A DNA stretch of 63,186 nt, filler included, from Rhabdomonas costata (GCA_019059605.1; 50 parts of 50 records of this genome joined end to end with filler, not necessarily neighbours in it); one strand, 5' to 3'; positions 35,860 to 48,460 are shown, numbered from the whole stretch's first letter. Program-made: numbers and translations. Notes: a model not told the origin generated them from the sequence alone.

Positions 35860-36614
35860 CGGATTCCGCGGAGGAATTATATAAGTGTAATGCAGTGCAG
35901 CTCTCCGATTTTCCATGGGCCTCCCCAAAAGCCTTCCCGCAGTGGCGCGCCGTGTTGGAGATGTGTGTGGAGCGACAGGCCGTTCTCCGTGAGATGTGTG
36001 AGGGGCTTGCCTCCCGTCTCGTACGATTGAGGTACGCAGAAATGTTGGAGCTGGAGCGGCAGCTCCTTCCCGGAAGCCGGCTCTGCACAGTCGCTGACTG
36101 CAGCCGTAGCCGGAAGGACTCCCGCAATCCGACTGTGTCAGACCCGCTGCGAGCGAGAACTGCTGGCGCCGACGAGGACTCTCAGCCCGGGGGCAGTCTG
36201 TACTCCCCTCCAGAGAAATTGAGGCGGCTGGATGCAGGTCTTCGAGGGGGAGACTCCCGAGGACCACCGAAAATAACTTTCAGGGAGCATCGTCGACCGC
36301 AGGACCTTCACTCCTGCCAGGCTGCACTGGGCTCAACAACTGGAAGAACATATCACTTATCAGTTGCTGGCGAGCGCTCCGTGGCCGCTTACCGTGCGCA
36401 TGAGTCCCATAGGTTGGTGGTTGATCGTCCCTATCACTCTCGGCTATCGCCTGGACCGGCTGTTTCCGGCTGTAGGGAGGTTTTGAAGGGCTCAGATGCT
36501 GGCCGTCCTTTTCGCGTTGCTTCCTCGGATCGTCTGCCTTCTTACTCGGAGTATGTGAGCTGTCGTGGGGGAGGCTTTTCCCCGGCCAGCAATTCAGGCA
36601 GGCAGGGTCATCGT
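35860..36614 (+). CDS. Long exon of an unknown protein
   Basis: ctacag| acceptor, then ~250 open codons with GC-rich usage; no recognisable motif. Confidence 0.45.
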
Positions 36615-37208
36615 NNNNNNNNNNNNNNNNNNNNNNNNNNNNNNNNNNNNNNNNNNNNTTAATTAATTAANNNNNNNNNNNNNNNNNNNNNNNNNNNNNN
36701 NNNNNNNNNNNNNNGGTTTTTGGTACCAACGTGAAGACAACGGAATGGCCAAAAATCGTTTTTCATATACCGCCTCATGACCGTATAACACCCGTTATAC
36801 CGTTTGACGCCCCCCCTCCCAATACACAGGACCGGAAGAAAACAGAAAGACTCATCCTTGACAGCTGAAAAAAAATCGAAAGTCGAGGGAAGAGGGCTGG
36901 TGGGGGCCAATATTTTTTCCCAGTGCAACCACCTAGCCTTCCAACCGTAGGTCCGAACCACTTCCATCGGATAGCCCACCCAAACCATCCTGAGGGAAGG
37001 TCAAGCCCCTCCCACCAAGCCTTCGACTACTTCGCGCAAAATAAAAACACACCCACACCCACACACAGACAAACTCACGGACATTTTCCGCTGGGCGCTG
37101 CATTCCAAACCCAGCAGTAACAATACTCTACATACCTCAATTCGCTTCGTTTCGGGAGTAAACAAGCAACACACCCACACCTAAACAACCACCAAAACAA
37201 AAGCACAC

Positions 37209-37560
37209 CAGGGGTGTAGTTGAACTCTGGATGCCCTGGTGTTCTGCTGCGGACGCTGCGGAACTGCTTGATCTGCGGCAGGTCGACGTCAAACCCACTG
37301 ATGTGCAGCCAGGCGTACAGGAACATAGACCCATGGCCCGCGCTGAGCACGAAGCGGTCACGGTTGAGCCACTTCGGGTCGGCCGGGTTGAACCGCAGGG
37401 TATCCCCGAACAGCACGGCACCGATCTCTGCGCAGCCCAGAGGCATGCCAAGGTGCCCGCTCTTGGCCTGCGCCACTGCATCCATCGCGAGCCCCCGGGC
37501 CTCGTTGGCAGCCTGGCTGAGGATATCGGCGCGGAACACCGACCCGGGGGGCTTCACCAT
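37209..37560 (-). CDS. TKT: Transketolase, N-terminal exon
   Basis: [28 protein letters not shown]...[17 protein letters not shown]...TPGHPE; donor g|gtgtgc. Confidence 0.97.
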
Positions 37561-38617
37561 CCCCGAGCCACTCGTTGGGGAGGTCTGTGGGGAAGGCAAC
37601 GCTCAGCTGTCCATGTGCGTGGGTGCAAAAAGAAACGTCATGCCCCGCGTCGTGCCACAGAAATCACACATCAGGACCAATCAGGCAACTAGTGCTGGAA
37701 AGGTTTGAATTATACACGATACGAGGAGGAAACGGCTCTGGAAATAGAGATTTGAGTATCGCTTGTTTTTATTACAACTGTGAAGTTACCCTCATATTAG
37801 AGGAGGATACTAATTGAAACTACCATATTTCAGAGTGGATGTGTCAAACAAAGCTAAGGTGGTGCGATGTCTAATTTGCTNNNNNNNNNNNNNNNNNNNN
37901 NNNNNNNNNNNNNNNNNNNNNNNNTTAATTAATTAANNNNNNNNNNNNNNNNNNNNNNNNNNNNNNNNNNNNNNNNNNNNGGGTGTTGTTGTCTGCAGAG
38001 AGAAAACCCAGGGAGCCCGGAAAGAGCACTATTTGATATGCAAAAGGCTGACGGCAGATTACGGGGTTCAGGAGACACCCACTCCTTGGCTCCTGACCCT
38101 TCCCTCCAGCTCTGTACTGCTCCGCGCCATGAATAATTCTGGTGTTCGTTCACTTTTACCAAAGTTGTAAAAGCGAATGAAAGATTACTAAAATCCGGTG
38201 GCATTGAACTGGGAGGGGGCAGGGTTCGAAAACGGATGCTTTTCCATGTCCCCATCAGAGGGTTGTTTCGTGGGTTCGAGCGGAGTATGTTAAAAAAAGG
38301 AATCCCTGAGCGGCTAACAGGGTTTTTTTATCCAACAACATATCTTGGCACCCTCGAAGCGGAAAAGAACGGGTGTCTCCTTCGGGATGGCGATGACAAT
38401 CTGGTAAGGGTTAAGGCGATGGATAGGAAAAGGTGAGCCGCCATTACACCCCCTGCCCGCTGGGATGAATGCCAAATGTCAACATTTACTGATAAACAAA
38501 TGGGTTCCAACCTCCGCAAGCGAGCAAAGGGCCACCTAGACAGTGGATGCAGAAAATACAGAACAAAAAAGTAACAGAACTTGAAAGCTGCGGGAGGTGA
38601 AAGTCGAACGTGCACAC

Positions 38618-38701
38618 TTGACATGTTCAAAGAGGTGATGGTGAAGTTCTCCTGCAGGATTCGGGCGATGTACGGCATCCCCAAGTCGGTGATGCCATTA
38701 T
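38618..38701 (-). CDS. Ribonuclease-inhibitor-type (NLRC3-like) LRR exon, exactly 84 nt
   Basis: NGITDLGMPYIARILQENFTITSLNMS is one 28-residue LRR between AG and GT. Confidence 0.85.
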
Positions 38702-39914
38702 CTGAGGGGAGGGGAGGAGGTCGTGAGTTACATGATGGAATGCCATTCAAGAACGTTAGATAACTCATGAAACCTTTAAATTGCTCTCTCGCGATCTCGC
38801 AAAGCAATCTTACCCACCACTTCCGAATGGATCCGTTGATTACAGCTGCCCAGATGGCAAACACAAGTGAATGAAACACTCAAATTCCTGAAGCGAAGGG
38901 GGCCGTTACCTGGCAATGACCCTTCTCATCTTATGATTGCATTGAGCAAATGACAAGCGGCATCCGTCTCATGGCACCGCAGCAAAAATCCTGCGTTGTT
39001 AGCTTGCTAACCAAATTCGAACGGCATATGCACTGGGTTACATGAGCCGGAAGGTATGATGTGCAGCAATTGGCACCTTGCATACGCACACAGACGAAGC
39101 GACAGAGTAAGCTGGTGAATCTCCTTCGCAAAGAGACACAAAAAACNNNNNNNNNNNNNNNNNNNNNNNNNNNNNNNNNNNNNNNNNNNNTTAATTAATT
39201 AANNNNNNNNNNNNNNNNNNNNNNNNNNNNNNNNNNNNNNNNNNNNTGTGTGTGGTTGCTTATCCAACCCTCCCGACAGCCGCACCCTTGCGCCCAGTTT
39301 CAACGAGAAGCATCCTCACGGACAAGCTGCCATCTAACTCATCAGTCATTGTCAGTCGCATATCAGTGCGAGAGAGAAATGTGGTTGAAAACGGAGGCCA
39401 TTCTCCTCCGATTTCCCCTCCTCACGAACCGCACCTTCGGGGATCTCCGCCAAGGGAGGTGTCATGCACTGCAGGTGGTAGGCCTCGTCACAGTCGTCGC
39501 AGAGCAGTAGCTCTGCGGGGCGGTCCCCGCGCTTGCAAACCTGACACAGAATGTCATCTTCGTCATCCTCGTCGTCTGCGCTCTACAGGCACAGCAGTAT
39601 TGAAGAGTGCAGCAGGAGCAGATGAACATACGTTGCATGCAGAAAGCGTAAGGCTGTCTGAAGACGTTTCAGGTCCTACAGAAAAGGCACATCGTAAACT
39701 GGGATCTGCGCGCGTGCGTGCGTGCGTGAGTGATCAAGGCTTCCGGAAAACGTTTCGCGTCGCTGGAACTGGACGTTTGTACTGATTGAAAAATCCAGGT
39801 TACATGTCCACTGCATGTCCACACCTTGTGCGACACCTCATTTCATCCTGATACTGGTGCTCAGGATTCTCAAAAGGGGAGGTCGTTACATTCGGCAGTG
39901 GTTTCAAAAAGCTT

Positions 39915-40112
39915 TCAAATCCAAGGGCGCCTTGGGACCTTGGGCTGGTCCCGCTCTGGGGACCCCGTGGTGACGTTTCGTTTGCACAGTGGGCAGCGGG
40001 AGATCCCCGTGGCTAGCAGAGTGGTGAAGCATTCGACGTGAAGCCTGTGCCGGCAGGCCATGGAGGCCTCCTGGTGTGGAGGTACCGCGTCCAGGCAAAT
40101 CGGGCAGCAGTC
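39915..40112 (-). CDS. RING-H2 zinc finger, terminal exon
   Basis: CPICLD...CRHRLHVECF...CPLC followed by a stop. Confidence 0.9.
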   Translation of the reverse strand, partial: DCCPICLDAVPPHQEASMACRHRLHVECFTTLLATGISRCPLCKRNVTTGSPERDQPKVPRRPWI

Positions 40113-41270
40113 CTGCATCCAACATCCCCAAACACACATAGAGAGAGAGAGTGCGTGCCTGTGTTGAGCATTGATGGGCGGGGCTGCCTTGGCACCTCGT
40201 TTGTCATATATACTCGTGGCTTTAGCATGTTTCCGGAATCGAAGGCCAATTGCCACGCACATTCGCACTCCCCTTGTCTCAGCATTTTTCTTTCCACTTA
40301 ACTCGTAACTCGAGGGTGACACATGGATCAAATCTCAGATTGCAAAACACAGGAGAAAATCTGGTGTTTGCCTCCAACAGATACACCGCGCTGAGAAAAA
40401 AGGTGTACAACCNNNNNNNNNNNNNNNNNNNNNNNNNNNNNNNNNNNNNNNNNNNNTTAATTAATTAANNNNNNNNNNNNNNNNNNNNNNNNNNNNNNNN
40501 NNNNNNNNNNNNGTTGTGGATACTCGGAGCCGCCAAGGCCCTCCTTCACCTCGTTGGCGTCGTATGCCCTGCGGAAAGCCTGCAAGCGTAAATCGGCGCA
40601 TCGAAGGAGAATATCAGAGAAATCCAACAAGCATCAATTCCACGGACATAAGACTGCACTTATAACTGCTATCACATCGGCAGAGGTAACATTGAGGACA
40701 GCGAAGCTTGCACCCGTGAGTGCCATGACGAGTGACGATCTAGAATTTGAGCAAGGCAAGGGAGGAAAGTCAAAACCACAACGGAAAGGAGAGGTGACGA
40801 AACAGGCGGGCGACAATATGTCAAACAAAGAACAATATGCCAAACAAATTTTTACCGGAGTGGAGGACAATCTATAAAGCACCCCGGAATCGAAGGAAGT
40901 CATTTCTGGTGGCTGTGAGGGAGGGGCAAAGACCTGGTCTGTTTTGGTGTGAAAGTCTGGAGACAATGCCGCTTGCCCTTGAAAAAAGAGAACAAAATAA
41001 ATAAAGCAAAGTAATAGCTGCCTGTGCACCGCCAATTGCGTGCGCTTTCAGTTCAAGAACGAGACTCTTCCCAGTCGCTGCAGTCCAAAAGGGACCAAAA
41101 AGGGAGACTTTGAAGTTCTGGAATACCTGCCCGTGAGCAACGTGACATGCTTGATACCAAGGCCGGGAAAGAAAGCAAAAGAAATTCTCCCACTATCCAA
41201 CAGCAAGAGAGAGATGATGTGGTGAGGAAACGAGCTGAGTCGAAGACATGTACCAGGATTCGGGAGGCCT

Positions 41271-41668
41271 AGAATTTTGCATGCCTCAACGCGAGACATG
41301 GGGATTGGCCGGGAGCTAGCAAGGCCAGCAATATTGGAAGCGTTCTCCCCGAGGACTGCACAGAGGAAACAGGAAATAACGCAAAAAAAAAATCCAACAC
41401 CAATCCAAGTGTTCACCTCCCAAGACCTATCCAGATACCAGCAAAACAACCCATACGAAGACATTGTGAAGCGGTAAGCTGGTCGCTGAGCGGTTTCAAG
41501 AGGCAGTTGAAAACTGGCAACAAGTGGCAAATGGGTGACCGAAGAATTTTGCATGCCTCAACGCGAGACATGGGGATTGGCCGGGAGCTAGCAAGGCCAG
41601 CAATATTGGAAGCGTTCTCCCCGAGGACTGCACAGAGGAAACAGGAAATAACGCAAAAAAAAAAATCC
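41271..41668 (+). repeat. ~125-bp near-identical direct repeat (41271-~41396 and ~41543-41668) containing a minus-strand exon
   Basis: agaattttgcatgcctcaacgcg...gcaaaaaaaaaatcc occurs twice; the second copy is at the contig end. Confidence 0.9.
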
Positions 41669-41777
41669 CACCCACCCNNNNNNNNNNNNNNNNNNNNNNN
41701 NNNNNNNNNNNNNNNNNNNNNTTAATTAATTAANNNNNNNNNNNNNNNNNNNNNNNNNNNNNNNNNNNNNNNNNNNN

Positions 41778-42943
41778 GCACCGGATAAGGGCAAGGCGCA
41801 CCCAAAAGTCCTTCAAGCATGGCGCGTTCAAGGCGACCGGCAGCTTCCCGAGCTCTGCTATGAATCTGAGACAACGGAAAAACAAATCCGATCACGCGTC
41901 ACAATTAATTCAAAAAGTCACATTTGAAAAAAAAAACAAGAGGAAAAAGATAAAAATACAAAAGCGAGAAAGGAGGAGAACCAAGCTACAAAACACACTT
42001 GCTCGAAGGTTCTATCGCGCTCCTGCAAATAAGCATCAGGCGAAGGAATCCGAATATGAACATCGCCCCCATCCAGGCGTGAACCTGGACGGGATGAACC
42101 CCACTCCTGCCCACTGTACGGCTCTTCTCCACTGCGCTGCGGTGGCTGCGCTTCTCGGGGACGCGGGGAGCCCCACTCCTGCCCACTGTAAGGCTCTTCT
42201 CCACTGCGCTGCGGTGGCTGCGCTTCTCGGGGACGCGGGGAGCCCCACTCCTGCCCACTGTACGGCTCTTCTCCATTGCGCTGCGGTGGCTGCGCTTCTC
42301 GGGAACGGGGGGATCCCCACTCCTGCCCACTGTACGGCTCTTCTCCACTGCGCTGCGGTGGCTGCGCTTCTCGGGGACGCGGGGAGCCCCAGTCTTGCCG
42401 TGGAGGTGGCACAGGTGTGTGTTGTGGTGGCGTATGTGCAGGTCTGGTAACAGCGTCGGGAAGGGATCGTTTCTTTTCTGTGAAAAAAGAACATCAACCT
42501 TGAGGGTATGCTCACTCCATCTTAGGAGAGGCCCCAAATCTTGACCACTCATAATCAAAAGGCTCGGCATTAGTTAGTAAGGCAATTACCCATCTTTTAA
42601 CTGAGTCCTCATCGGACAGTTCGGAAACTTTCTTGAATGGGGTCACACATCTGAAATTGATGCTTCTGAAAAAACTCAGGAATTCAGGAATTCTAAAGTT
42701 CACACACAGCCACATAGCCCGGAAAGCGACCGTTCTTTGTTTATAGAAAAAGAAAGGCAACAAAATTCAACGTATTTAGACCAAGAAAAGAAAAAAGGCA
42801 ATCGCTGGATCCACCGGCACCGGATAAGGGCAAGGCGCACCCAAAAGTCCTTCAAGCATGGCGCGTTCAAGGCGACCGGCAGCTTCCCGAGCTCTGCTAT
42901 GAATCTGAGACAACGGAAAAACAAATCCGATCACGCGTCACAA
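41778..42943. other. Self-overlapping contig: first and last 127 nt identical (1039-bp cycle)
   Basis: 41778-41904 = 42817-42943. Confidence 0.95.
42099..42391 (-). repeat. 72-bp coding tandem repeat x4 (EWGSPRPREAQPPQRSGEEPYSGQ) within exon ~42443-41999
   Basis: Units start at 42099, 42171, 42243, 42315; the minus frame continues to FEQ|gtgtgt. Confidence 0.9.
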
Positions 42944-43198
42944 NNNNNNNNNNNNNNNNNNNNNNNNNNNNNNNNNNNNNNNNNNNNTTAATTAATTAAN
43001 NNNNNNNNNNNNNNNNNNNNNNNNNNNNNNNNNNNNNNNNNNNGTGTTTTTTTTAAGAATCTTCCACACTTGGACTTAAGCAGATGACGTTTTTGTGTAT
43101 TGGGCACACAACTCACCTGTTATTATGATGTACTGGGGCCAAACGCCGCCGTGAGATCACTGCGAAGCAGGTTCCAACCTGTGATCGTGTTTTTTCAG

Positions 43199-43449
43199 AT
43201 TGACATCTTCTCTGTGGGTGTGATTACGTACGTGCTGCTGCTGGGACGCTTTCCCTTTCCTTCCAACAACCCCCGGGATCTCGCCTGCCAGATTCTGGAA
43301 GGCGTGAAGTTCCCAAGTCCCAAGTCAGACCAGACCAGCTCCAGGCCAAGGAGTTCCTCAGTGCCCTTCTGCGCCCCGAGCGGGCGCTTCGGCCCTCGGC
43401 CGAGGAGTGCCTGCGGATGCCCTGGCTGGCTTCGTCTGCCCCAGTGGAG
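43199..43449 (+). CDS. Ser/Thr protein kinase (CAMK-like) subdomains IX-XI, with a 1-nt frameshift near 43341
   Basis: IDIFSVGVITYVLLLGRFPF...GVKFPSPKSDQTS then, in a shifted frame, QAKEFLSALLRPERALRPSAEECLRMPWL. Confidence 0.88.
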
Positions 43450-46315
43450 GCTGGCTCGGTCTGCATTGAGGTCCGATACGTCTTGCTTGAGCGAAGCCAA
43501 TTTCCATTCCTTTTTTGTCTTCAAGCTGATGGTCGATTTCCATCTTTGCACTGAAGAAAAGCTTGGAGCATGGGATACTGTGCCATTAGTACGGGTTATC
43601 TCGACCATATGGTGGTCCCTTGGCAACTCCGGTCTGGATCGGCAGTGCGTGCAAATAAAAACTCCCGAACCGAGGCCACCACCACCTCTGTTGTGTCATC
43701 ACCGCACTGGTGCTTCTTTTGCTACACATAGGACGGGCTGTCCAGTTCAGCCTCATGCGATCGGTTCGAGGAACGGAAAGGTGTGGGGTGTTTCTCCCTT
43801 CTTACGATTTTCGGGGAACATCAGCCTTTTTCTCGCATGGTGGTGGTTGTGATGGATGCCGTTTCGGAACAGCATACTTTGTCGTTTCCACTCCGATGTC
43901 AGGGGCGATTTTTTGGGGAACTACCTCCGGAAAGCATTTGCAACCTTTTTGTCACATCAATGCTACTGCTCGATTGTGTGGATTTCTCCCGAATGCACAA
44001 CTTTCCTTTTGCTGACTTTAGGAGCGCCATCCCGGGAGCAAGCTCTAGCAAGCCAGATGAAGGCCTGAAGGCGTGTGCTTCTGTTTACCTTTATGCGCGA
44101 AACTCCCTTTTACACCAAACTTCCAAACTTCCCTTGGCGCATACTCAGCCCATACGAGAGCACACTTTTTTTCCTTCTGCATTGTCTAACAACTCAACCC
44201 AAAACAAANNNNNNNNNNNNNNNNNNNNNNNNNNNNNNNNNNNNNNNNNNNNTTAATTAATTAANNNNNNNNNNNNNNNNNNNNNNNNNNNNNNNNNNNN
44301 NNNNNNNNGGTGGGGGTGGGGGAAGCAAAAACTACTGCAGTGGCGAAGCACCAGCAGAGTGTTACAGTATTACAGACAAAGGCAAGAACAAGCAACGGAA
44401 AAAAGGGCAGCAGAGTAATGCTCCCAAACATTCGCAGAGGCCTTCATTGGGCTCCTCTTGGTCTTGCGCTTACCGTGACTCGTTCAAGGAGCGCACTTCT
44501 TTTATGTGGCGGTGGCTCTTTCGATTCACCCAAAGAGCAAGTCAAGTGAGAAGACAAGAGCGAAAAGGGACGTTCTCAGCGTAATATAGAAACCTGCACA
44601 CAACAGCGGTTGTGTGAAGATTTGTACAGCTAATTTCCCGCGCCGCGATGACTTTGATTTCGTCCCAAAGAAGCCCCAACTCAGATCGTAATTCTGGACA
44701 CAAGTCGATCATACAGTGGCGACTTCGGAAAGCTGGGCAACAGCATGATGCAAGCAATTCCACAACGCACACCTGGAAGGGCCTTCGGCGAGCAGCTCAG
44801 CAGCGAGCTGGCGCTTCCCATAGCCTAAAAGTGAAACGAACAAAATCCTACGCGGCTGGAGCTCATCCTAAGATTCACGATATATTTTACAAGTATGAGC
44901 AAAACTATCTGTCCACCACGCAGTGCAGCTGCACGCCGGGTCGGATGTTTTCGGGTAAGAACGGGATGGAGTTCCCAGAAATGCCCGAACTACCGCTTCT
45001 GTGTTGAGTCCAGCCATCCTATAGCCATCCTTGTACACCGAAACTCAAACACGCATCCGCACTCACACACGCACACACACTCTACGAGCACAAGGCATGG
45101 TTTTGGTGGAAGTCTTTTCTGCGGGGAGCACTCTCCCGCAGCCTGGTCAGTTCACAGGGTTCGGATCCCCCATTCGCTGCTGGGCAGAGGTTCTTGGAAA
45201 ACCTCAAGGGCGCATTACACCGCAGTTCTGTAATTCTAGGGAGCAACAACCCTCTGAGCTCGCCCAGTCTGCTGAAAGCTCGGTGTGCTCTTTTCGACTC
45301 ATCTTCTGCCCGGGATCCTCATGTCATCTTCTTCATATACCACGCAGAGCACACACAGAGCACACACATACATACGCACACACACACACACACACACACC
45401 TGTGGTGGCGAGTCCTCGGGCGACCATCGGGTATGCACGCCCGGCCTTCCCACCAATGGGGGGCGACCCACAACNNNNNNNNNNNNNNNNNNNNNNNNNN
45501 NNNNNNNNNNNNNNNNNNTTAATTAATTAANNNNNNNNNNNNNNNNNNNNNNNNNNNNNNNNNNNNNNNNNNNNTTGTTGATCACAGTACAGTACAGTAT
45601 AATAATCAAATCTGTGCTGCAGTAACGTTAATGACAAAATGCAAAACGCCCTCTTATCTAACAGCTCTTTGATTTTGTCATTAACGTTACTGCAGCACAG
45701 ATTTGATTATTATACTGTACTGTACTGTGATCAACAGACAAACAGAGAGAGTGTGTGTGTGTGCGCGCGCGCTCGCGCGCGTTTGTAAGAATCGCTGTGA
45801 TAGTGGACTGACGGGCGTATGCGCTGTTGGCCACGGGTGCTCGCGACAGGTACTTTCGGAGCGAACGACGCCGTGGGGTAACGGCTCACCACCGAACGTT
45901 CCAGATAACTCCCTTCTGCCCTGTGGTCCCGGGCCTTTTTCGCATAGCTACTCTGTGTGTGTGCCACTCCTGAATTCGGACGGATGACTGTGCACGTGTG
46001 ACTACTGAACAAAGCGTCAAATGATGGGGTTGGGAAAGTGCAGAGGAAACAGGAGGAAGTGGAAAGAGGAGGACCTCATTTTAAGGAGGCGGACAAGGGA
46101 CCACAAAACAGGTGCAGCATCAGCAGGTGCTGAGGATGGGGCCACTTGGATCCCCTGACGGGTACTTCCCAAATCAAGTGACCTCCAGTTTTGGTGCAAA
46201 ATTAAGTCCGCTGTATGGCGCGCAACCGACAGGAAAGACACACAGAAGAAAAGATGCCGAAAAGAAATCAAAGACCCGCAGCAAGGATCGAGGCACACCG
46301 GGGGGCAAGTTGCAC

Positions 46316-46452
46316 TTGCGGGGTCCTCCCGTGCCGCGCTCCAGGGCCTTCACCAGATCGTACACCGTTAGGATCGACGCCACGTCCACCGCAGACCGCG
46401 CGCAGTACTGCGCGATCGTGACGTCCACCGTCATCACGTGGCTCACAAGCCA
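46316..46452 (-). CDS. Hemerythrin-domain C-terminal exon
   Basis: cgcag|WLVSHVMTVDVTIAQY matches WLxxHIxxxDxxYxxY. Confidence 0.62.
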
Positions 46453-48460
46453 CTGCGAGAGGGAGTACGTTGTGATAATACGCGCACCCGTGGTGAATGC
46501 GGGTATGTGACCCAGAATCAACTACACAAGCCTGAAAAGCATTCTTGAGATTCCTGTGACAAGCGGTCGCTTCTGGGTATAACTCATAAAAATGCAAAGG
46601 GCGAAACAGGGGCAAAAGAGAGCACGCCAGCCAAAGTGCATAAAATGAAAAGGTACGGATCGGCCATCGGCGGTGACAGCCAGTCGACGCAATGGGTATC
46701 AACAACTGAAAACCAGTCAACAGTAAGAAAACCAACAAACNNNNNNNNNNNNNNNNNNNNNNNNNNNNNNNNNNNNNNNNNNNNTTAATTAATTAANNNN
46801 NNNNNNNNNNNNNNNNNNNNNNNNNNNNNNNNNNNNNNNNTGTGTGGGGTGGCATTCTGTATCCGCTTTTTTATGGGTTCCTTTGATGTGCTCGTGACTT
46901 CTGCTAAGGTTTTTTTCGAAGCTGGTTTTAGTGCGGAATTTGTGTGTGTGGTGTGTTGGTTCTGGTGGTGCTCGGTCTAGGTTCCTGCGCTTGGTAGAGT
47001 CTTCATGGTTCAGTATTCGGGTTCGGCCTTCTGGTGTCGGTGTTGGTCTATGTCTGTTTTGTTCCTTCATTGTGTTGCACGTTATTAGAAGATGGCTTAT
47101 AGTACCTCGGCGTTGTTGTATCCACGCTAGTAATTATGTTTCTGTGCAGGTACGTGTGTGCTATTGGTTACATGGTTATTTCTTGCGCCTTGGTATTGCT
47201 CTTCCGCCGAGCGTTTTTGGTGTGGTTGTATGCTTGGGTTATGATGCGCGGTCTTCATGCAAATGGTGCTTCTGTGTTATTTGTGTGCGTGTAGTTTCAT
47301 ATGGTGCTGTGTTTGTTTCGCAGTTCTTCATTGTATTGTGGTGCTATTTGGTATATTGGTATCTGGTTGCTGCTGTGTAGTGCTTGCTTTACGCGGTATT
47401 CTTTGGTATGTGGTCAGACCAGTTAGGTCTACACAATCACACAGAAGGCATCACTGGTGAACGTATCAGTGGTGTACTTGGAGTGGAACTCGTGTACACT
47501 GACCATCGTGGTACTGCACTCCATACAAAAAGTATGAATCATGACACAACACCACAGAGCGTGTGCACATATTGCCACACGCATAGCACAAATGGAATAG
47601 TTAACACCACTCATATAAGTAGCCAGAACCAGAACATGAGATAACGGTAGAACAACATACACCATTAGGAGTGACGCTAGCAATGGAGACAGGCAGATGT
47701 CGTGCTGTCACCACTGGCGCTACAAACACAACCATCACATCAGGCTAAGCGTTTGAATCTCTGCAGTACAACAATGGACACTGCAAGAAACGATCCACCT
47801 CCACGGGCAATGCAAACACCACGAATATTGGATACTTTCTTAGTTCTTCCTAAGTTGGTTTCCAACCCACCATAGCGATTTTAGAAACTACTACCAACAG
47901 ATGCAAGGGCTGATGCTGCTACCCACCACAAATGCCACGACACATCATCGAGTAAAGTGGAACAAGAGTTGTAAAGCGAAGTGTAGACCTGCATCACAAC
48001 CACCACNNNNNNNNNNNNNNNNNNNNNNNNNNNNNNNNNNNNNNNNNNNNTTAATTAATTAANNNNNNNNNNNNNNNNNNNNNNNNNNNNNNNNNNNNNN
48101 NNNNNNGTGGTGGGTGTGTTTGGTTTGGGGGGTCCTATGCCGGGATCCTGTACTGGACTGGTGTGTCCTTGCCCTCACTTTGGAAACCTCAATTTTCGGA
48201 AGGGAAAAGTGGGTGCGTACCTAGAGTCTGGACACGATGTTCAGATTACCGGCCAAAAGACGCAAGCACCGTAAGCAAGAATCTGCGATTGAATCAATGC
48301 GGGTATCATTGATTGACGACAAACACCAACTTTCATGAATTTTCACTTTCGGGTGTTAGCATGATGAGGGGATAAAGCGGGCGACGTGGCGAAATGCGTG
48401 CTTCCCTTTTTTTTCGCTCTTCATCTTCGCCGTTTTCGCGTTGATTATTCATCTTTCCAG

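Noticed and set aside
41543-41677. Exon duplication at the contig end
   Set aside because: Copy is essentially identical and abuts the contig end; likely WGA/assembly chimera rather than a true duplication
42099-42391. CRISPR array
   Set aside because: Units are contiguous 72-mers with no unique spacers; it is a coding minisatellite
41860-42450. Plus-strand 196-aa repeat ORF (PTPAHCTALLHCAAVAALLG) resembling ankyrin
   Set aside because: Splice signals and exon phase support the minus-strand frame; this is its antisense shadow
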